Of a DNA stretch of 64,000 nt, positions 17,530 through 26,691 are shown one piece after another. Position 1 is the first letter of the stretch, and each line of letters begins with the position of its first letter. This DNA is from Minisyncoccota bacterium (GTDB lineage Bacteria; Patescibacteriota; Minisyncoccia; UBA6257; XYB1-36-10): positions 87,713 through 151,712 of the forward strand of contig JBAZJH010000001.1 in the NCBI GenBank assembly GCA_041651415.1. The letters are read 5' to 3'. Made by a program: the position numbers and the translations under genes. Under the pieces are notes generated by a model, which saw nothing but the letters and a program-made list of their open reading frames with translations, was not told the origin of the DNA and did not search any database.

Positions 17530-20500
17530 ATGTTGCTTTGGAGTTTATTTATTAAAATTATTATGGAAAATATTTTTTATATTTTTAGGGCGATAAATTT
17601 GTTTTTTTCAAAGACGGCAAAGTCGGCCGCAAAAAACAAACCGCTTGCTATAGCTTTCGTGGCTTTACTCGCAAGCGGTTTTTTTATTATTAATTATGCT
17701 TTGGCTGTTAATGGAGTAATGATTACTCCCGCAAGCGGAGGGGTTAACATTTCCATTGATACTACTTCTGCTACAGGAGGAACAGGAACTTTTAAATCAC
17801 TGAGTGGACCTGGGATTACTGAAACAACAGCGGGTAATATTTCTATAGGTCTTCACACAATTCAATTACCTTCTGGATATGAATTTGACACAAGTTCTCC
17901 CATCTCAGTTGTTGTTATAGGCGATATAGGTTTAACTTCTACTTCAATAATTCCGAATCAAACATCTTTTACTTTTGAAGTAACTAATATTTCTTCTTCT
18001 CCTAGTATTATTGGTTTTAGTAATTTAAAAGTTAGACCAACGGGAATTATTGCTCCTTCTTCCGGAAATATAACTTATTCCGGTTCGGGTATTGTCAGTG
18101 TTGATGGTAATACTAATTTTGGAACTCTTTCTTTGATTCCTGGAGCAGTTAAAAACCTTGCTTTTTCCACTCAACCGGCCGGTTCTGTTTATGGCGAAAT
18201 TTTAAGTCAACAACCGGTTGTAAAAACTCAAGACCAATTCGGTAATAATTCCGTTAATGGTTTGGCGGAGAGTAAAATAGTATCTATTTCCTTAACTTCT
18301 GGTTCGGGTTCTTTAATTGGAACTACAGAAATTGATATCGGAACCGGCTCCGGAAACGGAACTGCTTCTTTTTCGGATTTATCCGTAAATAATGTCGGTC
18401 CGGGAAAGGTATTAAGCGTAACAGCTGATGGCCTTATTGGTGTTTCGAGTGATTCTTTCGAAATAACAGTAAGGAACATCGAAGTAACGGCTGATAATAA
18501 AACGAAAGTTTATGGTGAAACTGATCTGGGTTTAACCTATCAAATAACATATGGTTCTCTTGTCGGCTCGGATGCTTTTACCGGAAATATTACTCGTGAT
18601 TCTGGGGAAGATGTCGGCGATTATTCTATAAAGAAAGGGGATTTAACTTTAAGCGAAAATTATAATCTTTCTTTTATTCCTGCTTCTTTTACTATCACCC
18701 CGAAAGCCTTATCTGTCTCGGGAATCTCTTCAATCCTTAAAACATACGATGGAAACACCACTGCTGGGGTTGATTTTAGCACTACCTCTCTTGTCGGGAT
18801 TGTCGAGGGCGATGAAGGTTCAGTGACTCTTAACCCATCTTCATATTCCGCTTCTTTTGACAACAAAAATGTGGAAACAGGAAAAACAGTGACTGTTTCC
18901 GGATTAACATTAGATGGAGCCAAAGCAGGGAATTATTCTCTGACTCAGCCGACTCTTAATGACGGAGTAATTACGCCAAAAACTCTCACTGTCACCGCTA
19001 CCGGAATTGATAAGGAATATGACGGCACAACAAACGCTACCGTCACTCTTTCTGATGATAGAGTTTTAGGAGATGATTTAACGTTGGGGTATACAAGCGC
19101 TTTATTCACGGATAAAGATGTCGCTAATGATAAAAGTATTGATGTTACCGGCATTATTATGAATGGCGTTGATGCCGAAAATTATTCTCTTTCAAGCGAT
19201 CACGTTACCGCTTACGCAGATATAAATAAAAAACATATTACCGCATCGCTTATTTTACAGAACAAAACTTATGATGGAGATACGGGCGCAACTTATTCTG
19301 GTGACCATGTTCAATTAGTCGGAGTCATTTCAGGAGATGAGGTTCTTGCGAGTGATGGCGTTTCTAAATCTTTTGCAGATAAAAATGTTGGTGAAAATAA
19401 ATTAGTAACCGCTCTTGGTATTGTCTTAAGCGGCGTGGATTCTGGTAATTATGATTTTGATGGAATCGGGACAGGAACGGCTACAATTTCGAAACGGCCT
19501 ATTATTGTTACTGCTGTTTCTAACAAAAAAATTTATGATGGAACGGCGGTTTCATTGGGCATTCCTGATGTTACGCCAGATGGTTTTGCTACAGCTATTC
19601 AGACAGGCGACACGGCCGAATTTTCTCAAGTCTTCGATAATAAGAATGTCGGTGTGGGAAAAACGCTTACGCCAAGCGGATTAGTTGATGATGAAAATAA
19701 CGGAAACAATTATTCTTATACTTTTGTTTCTGTTTCTACGGGTGAAATTACTATTAAGTCAATTGAAGTTACCGCTCAATCTGATACTAAAGTTTATGAC
19801 GGCACAAATGCATCGAGTGTACCTCCTAAGGTAGACAATTTAGAAGGTGAGGATTTTGTCGGGACAATTCCTACTCAAACTTATGATAATGCGATTGTCG
19901 GAACTGGAAAAACTTTAACCGCCAGCGGTCTAGTGATTGATGACGGGAATGGCGGAGCTAATTATGAAATTCATTATATAATTGATTCAACTGGAGAGAT
20001 TACAGAAAAAGAACTTACCGTCACCGGAGCATCTTCTGTTGAAAAAATCTATGACGGAAATACTAATGCCGAAGTTAATTTCGGTTCTGCCTCTCTTGTC
20101 GGGATTGTCGAGGGCGATGAAGGTTCAGTGACTCTTAACCCATCTTCATATTCCGCTTCTTTTGACAACAAAAATGTGGAAACAGGAAAAACAGTGACTG
20201 TTTCCGGATTAACATTAGATGGAGCCAAAGCAGGGAATTATTCTCTGACTCAGCCGACTCTTAATGACGGAGTAATTACGCCAAAAACTCTCACTGTCAC
20301 CGCTACCGGAATTGATAAGGAATATGACGGCACAACAAACGCTACCGTCACTCTTTCTGATGATAGAGTAGAGGAAGATGTTCTGACTCCTGGGTACACA
20401 AGCGCCGCTTTTGAAGATAAAAATATTGGGACAGAAAAAACAGTGACTGTCTCCGGCATTACTAAATTAGGAACAGATGCGAATAATTATATTCTTGGCA

Positions 20501-23500
20501 ATACAACAGCCAGCGCATTGGCTGATATAACGAAAAAAGATCTTTCCGTCACAATTACTGTTGCTGATAAAGTTTATGATGGAAATACAACTGCTACTAT
20601 TGGTGAGCGCGTGCCGGTTGGTTTGATTTCTCCTGATGTCATTGATTTAAGTGGAGGAACAGCAGTTTTTTCTGACGCAATTGTCGGCAATAACAAGCCT
20701 GTTACTGCTACGGGTGTAATTATAGAAGGAACTGATGCCGGGAATTACGAATATAACGGAACGGCAACAGGAACGGGTAATATTCTTCCGGTACCGACAA
20801 CGGTTTATGTTGATGATGATTTTTCAGAGGAAGGAGGGGCGGGAGATTATACTTTTGGCTATAACGCTTTTGACACAATTCAAGGAGGTATAAATGCGGT
20901 AGAAGTTGGTGGAACGGTAAACGTGGCGGCGGGAAATTATACGGAAGTCGAGCAGATCGTTATCGATAAAAATCTATCCATCGTTGGCGAAAACAAAGAA
21001 ACAACGATTATTAAGCCAGCGCAAAATACAACTAACACGGGTCATGCTGATTCCGCTGCCTGGATTTTAGTTAATAGTGATAAAACATTTAATTTAAGCA
21101 AGGTTACTTTAGATGGTAACGGCCATTTGATAGCTATCGGCATACTTTCTCACGGTCATGGCACTATAAATGATAATATTTTCACAAATATCGCTTATAA
21201 TCCCAGCGGACCTGACTATAAGGGAATGGCGATAGAACTTTACGGTTCGGATATGACAATCGAGAATAATGAATTTGCGAATATCGGAAGAATCGGTGTG
21301 TTTAATGGAAATGGAACGAATTCGCATATTATCGGAAATACTTATACCGGAAAAGGAGCGGGTGATTGGCTGGATTATGGATTTGAAGTGGGACGCGGCA
21401 GCCAATCGGAAATTAGCAATAACATAATAACAAACAACATTGGTGTTGCTTCTGACGGTTCAACTTCCGCCGGTATTCTTGTAACGAGTTTTTTTGGTCC
21501 GGGAATATCAAACGCGACTATAACCGGAAATTCGATCTCTAATTCCACAGACGGAATTGCTGTTGGTTATGATGGAAGCGACGCAAGCATAGTTGTTGCT
21601 CATACTAATAAATTCAGCGGCAACACAAAAGATATAAATTCTACCAAACCATCTGTTGATGGAACGAGAAACTGGTGGGGAACAATAAGCGGAACGGAAA
21701 TTGCTAATAAAGTCGTTGGCGATGTGAGTTATCGCCCATGGTGCACGGAAGTTACTTGCACTGTTATCGATACCAACGGCGCGCCTACGGTAACTATTTC
21801 TTCCGTTGCCGGTTCTTTGACAAAAACTTCTCCAATCCCTATAACCGTAACTTTCAGCGAACCTGTTTATGATTTTAATGAATCTGATGTGACTGTTTCA
21901 TTAAATGCGGGGGTGACAAATTTCTCTGAAGTAAGCGGTAGCACAAGTTATACTTTCGATTTAACTCCAAATGTCGGCGTGGATGAAGGAGAAATAACAG
22001 TTGATGTGGCAGCTGAAAAAGCTTGGGACGAAGCTGGAAATTATAACTTAGCGGCAACGCAATTTGTTATTACTTATGATTCGGTAATTCCTACTCTTTC
22101 TTCTGTTTCTATTTCTTCAAATAATATTAATCATTCTTTAGCTAAGGTGGGAGATATTATTACTTTAAGCTTTACCGCAGATGAAGAGATTCAAAATCCA
22201 ACCGTGATCATTGCTTCTAATTCTATTACCGCCACAAATAGTATTGGTAATGATTGGACTGCGGTTTATACAATGCAAAGTGGCGATGCTGAGATAGTTT
22301 CGTTTGAAATTAATTTTAACGATTTAGCGGGAAATGCGGGAACGAAAGTAACAGCTACAACTGATTTGAGTTCTGTGACTTTTGATGAAACCGCGCCGGT
22401 AGTGGCGATTACTTCTCCTCTGAATGAAACAAGAGTAAATGGTGACACATTGATTTCCTTTACTGATACTTCAACTTCGCCTAAATGTTCGGTAAATAAT
22501 AACAGTTGGACTGTTTGTGAAAGCGGAGTAACAAAGCTCTCTGATATTGCTCAATTTTCTGGATTAGGCCAGGGAATATTTACGCTTTATCTTAAAGATA
22601 TTGATGAAGCGGGAAATGAAGGAACAACAAGTGTGAGTTTAATAAAAGATTCAATTGCTCCTGAAGTGGAATCTTATACCCCGACCAATTTGGCGGTGGG
22701 AGTGGACCCGACCGGAAATGTGACTGCTTTATTCAGTGAGAAAATGAGTTTGGCAACTATTAATTCCACTAATATAGAATTAAAAAAGAGCGGAGAAGTA
22801 ACCGAAGTTGAAACGGACTTAACTTTAAGCGAAGACGGAAAAACTTTAACAATCAATCCGGTCGCGACTCTTCTTAATAACTCCACTTATGAAGTGAGAA
22901 TAACAACCGGCGTAACTGATGAGGCGGGAAATAATTTGGCATCGGAGGAAACGTGGTCGTTTACCACTTCCGGCAGTTATTCGTTCACTTTATCTAAAGG
23001 AACTAAAGGCTGGAACTTGGTTTCTCTCGGAGTTGTACCGAATGACACGAATATTGACGCAGTGCTTGGAAGTGCGAAAAGCAACATTGAATCGGTTTGG
23101 ACTTATGACCCGGTTAATTATTCTTTGAACGGAGGATGGAAAGTTTATAATCCGGCGGAATCAGGAACCAGCAGTTTGTTAAATATGACAGCCGGTTACG
23201 GATATTGGATAAGCTATAAAGGAACAGAAGCGGCGACAGTTTCCGGTCCGGGAAACTTGGTTCTGGAAGGAAATAATGTTCCGCCGTCAAGAACCTTGCA
23301 AGCCGGATGGAATTTAATCGGTTATTACCAAAAAGAGAATACGACAAGCGTTTTGGCATCGCTGGCTTTGAAACATAACCTGGATGATTATTGGACGATG
23401 CTTCTTGGATACAACAACACTACAAAACAAATGACTTCTCTTACAGGCGATAATTTATTGAATCCGGGAGAAGGATATTGGGTGCTACTTGACGGAAAGG

Positions 23501-23541
23501 CAACGGACTCCTATATCTATACTATCGGTGACAGCCAATAA
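17530..23541 (+). CDS. Giant secreted surface/adhesin-like protein (2003 aa) with multiple MBG-type repeats, a right-handed beta-helix region and Ig-like (Big) domains.
   Basis: A hydrophobic signal segment follows basic residues (…KNKPLAIAFVALLASGFFIINYALA). At least 8 K(V/T/I)YDG…GNYS/NYNL MBG-like repeats are present. Beta-helix rungs end in TRNWWGT. Big/SbsA-like segments occupy the C-terminal third. The start could instead be the Met at 17563. Confidence 0.85.
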   Translation: MLLWSLFIKIIMENIFYIFRAINLFFSKTAKSAAKNKPLAIAFVALLASGFFIINYALAVNGVMITPASGGVNISIDTTSATGGTGTFKSLSGPGITETTAGNISIGLHTIQLPSGYEFDTSSPISVVVIGDIGLTSTSIIPNQTSFTFEVTNISSSPSIIGFSNLKVRPTGIIAPSSGNITYSGSGIVSVDGNTNFGTLSLIPGAVKNLAFSTQPAGSVYGEILSQQPVVKTQDQFGNNSVNGLAESKIVSISLTSGSGSLIGTTEIDIGTGSGNGTASFSDLSVNNVGPGKVLSVTADGLIGVSSDSFEITVRNIEVTADNKTKVYGETDLGLTYQITYGSLVGSDAFTGNITRDSGEDVGDYSIKKGDLTLSENYNLSFIPASFTITPKALSVSGISSILKTYDGNTTAGVDFSTTSLVGIVEGDEGSVTLNPSSYSASFDNKNVETGKTVTVSGLTLDGAKAGNYSLTQPTLNDGVITPKTLTVTATGIDKEYDGTTNATVTLSDDRVLGDDLTLGYTSALFTDKDVANDKSIDVTGIIMNGVDAENYSLSSDHVTAYADINKKHITASLILQNKTYDGDTGATYSGDHVQLVGVISGDEVLASDGVSKSFADKNVGENKLVTALGIVLSGVDSGNYDFDGIGTGTATISKRPIIVTAVSNKKIYDGTAVSLGIPDVTPDGFATAIQTGDTAEFSQVFDNKNVGVGKTLTPSGLVDDENNGNNYSYTFVSVSTGEITIKSIEVTAQSDTKVYDGTNASSVPPKVDNLEGEDFVGTIPTQTYDNAIVGTGKTLTASGLVIDDGNGGANYEIHYIIDSTGEITEKELTVTGASSVEKIYDGNTNAEVNFGSASLVGIVEGDEGSVTLNPSSYSASFDNKNVETGKTVTVSGLTLDGAKAGNYSLTQPTLNDGVITPKTLTVTATGIDKEYDGTTNATVTLSDDRVEEDVLTPGYTSAAFEDKNIGTEKTVTVSGITKLGTDANNYILGNTTASALADITKKDLSVTITVADKVYDGNTTATIGERVPVGLISPDVIDLSGGTAVFSDAIVGNNKPVTATGVIIEGTDAGNYEYNGTATGTGNILPVPTTVYVDDDFSEEGGAGDYTFGYNAFDTIQGGINAVEVGGTVNVAAGNYTEVEQIVIDKNLSIVGENKETTIIKPAQNTTNTGHADSAAWILVNSDKTFNLSKVTLDGNGHLIAIGILSHGHGTINDNIFTNIAYNPSGPDYKGMAIELYGSDMTIENNEFANIGRIGVFNGNGTNSHIIGNTYTGKGAGDWLDYGFEVGRGSQSEISNNIITNNIGVASDGSTSAGILVTSFFGPGISNATITGNSISNSTDGIAVGYDGSDASIVVAHTNKFSGNTKDINSTKPSVDGTRNWWGTISGTEIANKVVGDVSYRPWCTEVTCTVIDTNGAPTVTISSVAGSLTKTSPIPITVTFSEPVYDFNESDVTVSLNAGVTNFSEVSGSTSYTFDLTPNVGVDEGEITVDVAAEKAWDEAGNYNLAATQFVITYDSVIPTLSSVSISSNNINHSLAKVGDIITLSFTADEEIQNPTVIIASNSITATNSIGNDWTAVYTMQSGDAEIVSFEINFNDLAGNAGTKVTATTDLSSVTFDETAPVVAITSPLNETRVNGDTLISFTDTSTSPKCSVNNNSWTVCESGVTKLSDIAQFSGLGQGIFTLYLKDIDEAGNEGTTSVSLIKDSIAPEVESYTPTNLAVGVDPTGNVTALFSEKMSLATINSTNIELKKSGEVTEVETDLTLSEDGKTLTINPVATLLNNSTYEVRITTGVTDEAGNNLASEETWSFTTSGSYSFTLSKGTKGWNLVSLGVVPNDTNIDAVLGSAKSNIESVWTYDPVNYSLNGGWKVYNPAESGTSSLLNMTAGYGYWISYKGTEAATVSGPGNLVLEGNNVPPSRTLQAGWNLIGYYQKENTTSVLASLALKHNLDDYWTMLLGYNNTTKQMTSLTGDNLLNPGEGYWVLLDGKATDSYIYTIGDSQ
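18785..19064 (+). repeat. Intragenic exact duplication, copy 1 (280 bp), inside the 2003-aa gene.
   Basis: Identical at nucleotide level to 20090..20369. The offset is 1305 bp, which is in frame (435 codons). Confidence 0.85.
20090..20369 (+). repeat. Intragenic exact duplication, copy 2 (280 bp).
   Basis: See copy 1. The encoded 92 aa (SLVGIVEGDEGSV…TLSDDRV) are identical in both copies. Confidence 0.85.
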
Positions 23542-23561
23542 CTAAACTAAACAAAAGCTTT

Positions 23562-24203
23562 ATGAAGACAATAAAATCTTTTATCCTGTTTTCTGCGTTA
23601 GTTTTCTTGCCGGGCCTTGCTTTGGCCGCCCCGGGAATTCCTAACCAGTTTTATGGAATGGTAAGCTTCACAAATGGCGCGGCTCCGGACAATTTACTGG
23701 TGGAAGCGAGAATAAATAATTCTTTGGTTGGAAGCTCCATAACTAAAGACGGGAAATACGGATATAATCCGGCTCTGCTTTTTGTTCTTGACCCCGATAA
23801 CAGCTTTTCCGGACAGACGATAAAGTTTTTCGTTTCCGGAACGGATACGGGAGAAACGGCTATTTTTGAGAACGGAAAATCGGTCAGTCTCAATCTGACG
23901 GTTCCGGTAGCTTTGGAAACAACTACGCAAACGACAACCACTTCCGGCTCATCGGGAGGCGGGGGTGGCGGCGGAGGAGGCGGAGGCGGTTATTCGTCTT
24001 CGACGACCACAACAACGACGACTTTAAGCGCCGCGGCTAAGCAAGTTGATGCAAATAATGACAATAAAATAGATATTCTTGATTTCAACATTCTGATGGT
24101 CAATTGGGGGAAAACCGGAACCGGTTTGACCGGTGATTTCAACAAAGACGGAAAGGTCGATATCTTCGACTTCAACTCTTTGATGATCAACTGGGGAGCT
24201 TAG
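23562..24203 (+). CDS. Secreted protein with a C-terminal dockerin-like duplicated Ca-binding repeat.
   Basis: Signal peptide MKTIKSFILFSALVFLPGLALA. A Gly-run linker (SGSSGGGGGGGGGGGGYSSSTTTTTT) is followed by two about 22-aa repeats, DANNDNKIDILDFNILMVNWG and DFNKDGKVDIFDFNSLMINWG. Both fit the dockerin D.N.D…D…(F/L) loop-helix pattern. Confidence 0.7.
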   Translation: MKTIKSFILFSALVFLPGLALAAPGIPNQFYGMVSFTNGAAPDNLLVEARINNSLVGSSITKDGKYGYNPALLFVLDPDNSFSGQTIKFFVSGTDTGETAIFENGKSVSLNLTVPVALETTTQTTTTSGSSGGGGGGGGGGGGYSSSTTTTTTTLSAAAKQVDANNDNKIDILDFNILMVNWGKTGTGLTGDFNKDGKVDIFDFNSLMINWGA

Positions 24204-24229
24204 TAAAAATCATAAAGTAAAAAAGAAAA

Positions 24230-24997
24230 ATGATAAAAAAAATTGGAATGGGGGCGGTAATTTTGGGAATAGTTTTAGCGGGAACGGCGCTCGCCGCGTC
24301 TTCGTTTTCTTTAAATCCATCTTCGGTTTCAGTGAATAAAGGAGAAACTTTTTCTTCGGCGGTTTCAATTGCTCCGGGGAGCGAAAAAATTTACACAGTG
24401 AAACTGGTTTTGTCTTATCCTTCCGATAAGCTTGAGGTAACCGGATTCGATTTCGGAAGCGGATGGATGCCGATTGCGGAAACCGGATATGATTCCGGCG
24501 ATTCGTATCCGCAAACTTCCGGAACTTTAATAAAAACAGCCGGCTGGCCGAAAGGATTTAACACAGCCAAAACTTTAGGAACGGTTTCTTTCAGGAGCAA
24601 AGCTTCCGGAACGGGAACGGTGGCAGTTTCAGCGGATTCGTTGCTTTTGAGCGGACAAAATATAAACGATTTAACGGGAACGGCGACGGCAAAAATTTCC
24701 TTAACTATAAAAGAACCGGTAACAGCGCCGATATCGACTTCGACTATTTCTCCGAAATCAAAAGAAGAAGTTGTTTCTAAAGAAACGGAAGAATTGGAGA
24801 AAGAGGCGACGACAACCATAGAGAAAGAGGCAAGCCAATTAGAAAACGGAACAAACGAAATAGTAAATCAGGAAATCAATAGAACGCTTCTTGCGAGAAT
24901 GGGCGGGTTGTTTTCTTTAAAGACAGCTCTATTTTTGATTTTTGTTTTAATGGTAGCGGCGGCAGTGGGAATTTTGGTTTGGAAAAAGAAAAAGTAA
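24230..24997 (+). CDS. Membrane-anchored protein with a cohesin-like beta-sandwich domain (putative dockerin receptor).
   Basis: After a signal peptide, …SVSVNKGETFSSAVSIAPGSEKIYTVKLVLSYPSDKLEVTGFDFGSGWMP…TLGTVSFRSKASGTGTVAVSADSLL…TATAKISLTI resembles the type-I cohesin pattern V.aKpG.tv.V.V.…Y…LEV as I recall it. A C-terminal TM anchor (LFLIFVLMVAAAVGILVWKKKK) is present. Confidence 0.5.
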   Translation: MIKKIGMGAVILGIVLAGTALAASSFSLNPSSVSVNKGETFSSAVSIAPGSEKIYTVKLVLSYPSDKLEVTGFDFGSGWMPIAETGYDSGDSYPQTSGTLIKTAGWPKGFNTAKTLGTVSFRSKASGTGTVAVSADSLLLSGQNINDLTGTATAKISLTIKEPVTAPISTSTISPKSKEEVVSKETEELEKEATTTIEKEASQLENGTNEIVNQEINRTLLARMGGLFSLKTALFLIFVLMVAAAVGILVWKKKK

Positions 24998-25079
24998 ACA
25001 AAGGAAAGTTGAATATAAAAAACAAAGCGGCTTAAATAGCCGCTTTGTTTTTTAAAGGGAGGAGGCGTAGAATAATTTT

Positions 25080-25946
25080 ATGAACGAAATCGCCAAATTT
25101 AAAAAAGACGGATTGTTTTTGATGGCGGCTTTAGACCACAGAACAAGTTTGAAAAAAATGATAAATAGAGAAAATCCGAACGAAGTTTCTGGCGAAGAAA
25201 TGATTGAATGGAAAAAAGAAGCGCTCAAAGCTTTAACGCCTTTTTCTTCGGCGGTTTTGCTTGACCCGGAATTTGGACTTTCGGCTTATAAGGAATTGAA
25301 TTTGGAAGTTCCTTTTCTTTTATCAATGGAAGAAAGCGGATATAAAGAAAGCGAGGAAGGCAGAGAAACAAGCTTAGAATATTCAGCTTCGGAACTTAAA
25401 AAAATGGGGGGAGAAGCGGTAAAATTGCTTGTTTATTACAACGCAAAAGCGGGAGCGGCGATAAAACAGAAAAAGATAATCAGTAAGGCGGCGGCAGATT
25501 GCGAGAAAAATGAAATTCCTTTCTTGCTAGAGATAGTCTCTTACGATTTGGGAGAAGAAAAAAAGCATAAAGGAATTTTAACGGAAGAAGCGGTGGAGGA
25601 TATTTTAAGACTTGGAGCGAAAATCGATATTTTTAAAATAGAATTTCCGGGCAATATTGAAACGGATGGCGGAAAAGATTTGGCTTTTAATTTTTGCCGG
25701 AAAATTTCGGCGAAATTAGGAAAAACGCCATGGATACTTTTATCGGCGGGAGATGATTTCTCCGATTTTAAAGAAAAAGTGAAAATAGCGATAAAAGGGG
25801 GAGCAAAAGGATTTTTAGCCGGCCGGTCTTTATGGAAAGATTTTACGGAGTGCCCGAAAGAAAAACGAACGGAATTTTTTGAAAGAACGGTAAAAAGAAG
25901 ATTTCAGGAAATTATTGAGATTGCGCGGGAATCTTTTAATAATTGA
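25080..25946 (+). CDS. Class I aldolase of the LacD/tagatose-1,6-bisphosphate aldolase family.
   Basis: 288 aa. FLMAALDHRTSLKKM…SSAVLLDPEFGL…AVKLLVYYN…IPFLLEIVSYD aligns by eye with the LacD regions AFDQRGALKRM…SSILLDPEYGL…AVKFLLYYD…IPFFLEVLTYD. Confidence 0.65.
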   Translation: MNEIAKFKKDGLFLMAALDHRTSLKKMINRENPNEVSGEEMIEWKKEALKALTPFSSAVLLDPEFGLSAYKELNLEVPFLLSMEESGYKESEEGRETSLEYSASELKKMGGEAVKLLVYYNAKAGAAIKQKKIISKAAADCEKNEIPFLLEIVSYDLGEEKKHKGILTEEAVEDILRLGAKIDIFKIEFPGNIETDGGKDLAFNFCRKISAKLGKTPWILLSAGDDFSDFKEKVKIAIKGGAKGFLAGRSLWKDFTECPKEKRTEFFERTVKRRFQEIIEIARESFNN

Positions 25947-26020
25947 CGGATAAAAAAAATAGTGTTATATTTCTAAGAGTTTTTTATCGCCTCAAATAAA
26001 AGAAAAAAGGAGAAACGAAC

Positions 26021-26320
26021 ATGTTTAAAGTCGGAGATTCAGTTCTATTAGTTTTAAATGATGGTTTGAGAGCTCATCATAAGAATCTTTATGATGAGAT
26101 GGAGCGAAAGGGATTGGAAAAAATTCAAGGAGAGGTTCGGGAAGTTGCTGAAAAAAAAAATTCCAAGACTAATGAAATGACGATTTGGATCAATTTTTCG
26201 GATTCTCTTGGCGGAAAGAAGAATGAACAATATGGTCTTCCGCCAAAACTTTTAACGGAAGTTTCTTCTGAGAAAATCGTTGCTGCTGAAATTACTCCGG
26301 CGCTTCCTTCCGAATTTTAG
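26021..26320 (+). CDS. Hypothetical protein.
   Basis: 99 aa with SD AAGGAG. No family recognised. Confidence 0.4.
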   Translation: MFKVGDSVLLVLNDGLRAHHKNLYDEMERKGLEKIQGEVREVAEKKNSKTNEMTIWINFSDSLGGKKNEQYGLPPKLLTEVSSEKIVAAEITPALPSEF

Positions 26321-26418
26321 TTTTTTCATGTGTGTCTGATATATGAGCTGATATATGAGATGGCAGAGCTAATCATAATAAAGAGGGTTTCAACCCCTCT
26401 TTTTCTTTAGCATTTTTT

Positions 26419-26454
26419 TAGCATCAATAGGTACATATGTACCTATTGATGCTA
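26419..26454. repeat. Family B palindrome, type 1 (TAGCATCAATAGGTACATATGTACCTATTGATGCTA, a perfect 36-bp palindrome).
   Basis: Read directly from the sequence. It recurs at 28803 and 57873. Confidence 0.8.
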
Positions 26455-26481
26455 AACAGCAGAGCAAAGAAATAAGATTTC

Positions 26482-26519
26482 CCATCTATGTTTGGTATAT
26501 ATGTACCAAACATAGATGG
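26482..26519. repeat. Family B palindrome, type 2 (CCATCTATGTTTGGTATATATGTACCAAACATAGATGG).
   Basis: 38-bp palindrome with 1 mismatch. It shares the GGTA(C/T)ATATGTACC core and recurs at 28744. Confidence 0.75.
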
Positions 26520-26691
26520 AGGGAACAAAAAAATGCTTTAATTTCATAGATATAATTAATGACTTGCGATGCCATTAATTTTAAAAAGTGGAAAACTTTT
26601 CTTTTATTTTTTGCGGTTTTAGGATATGTGTTAATTAGGACTTAAACATTCAAATAGAGCTGTTGAGACGGCTGAACTTGGAAGGAGAAAA

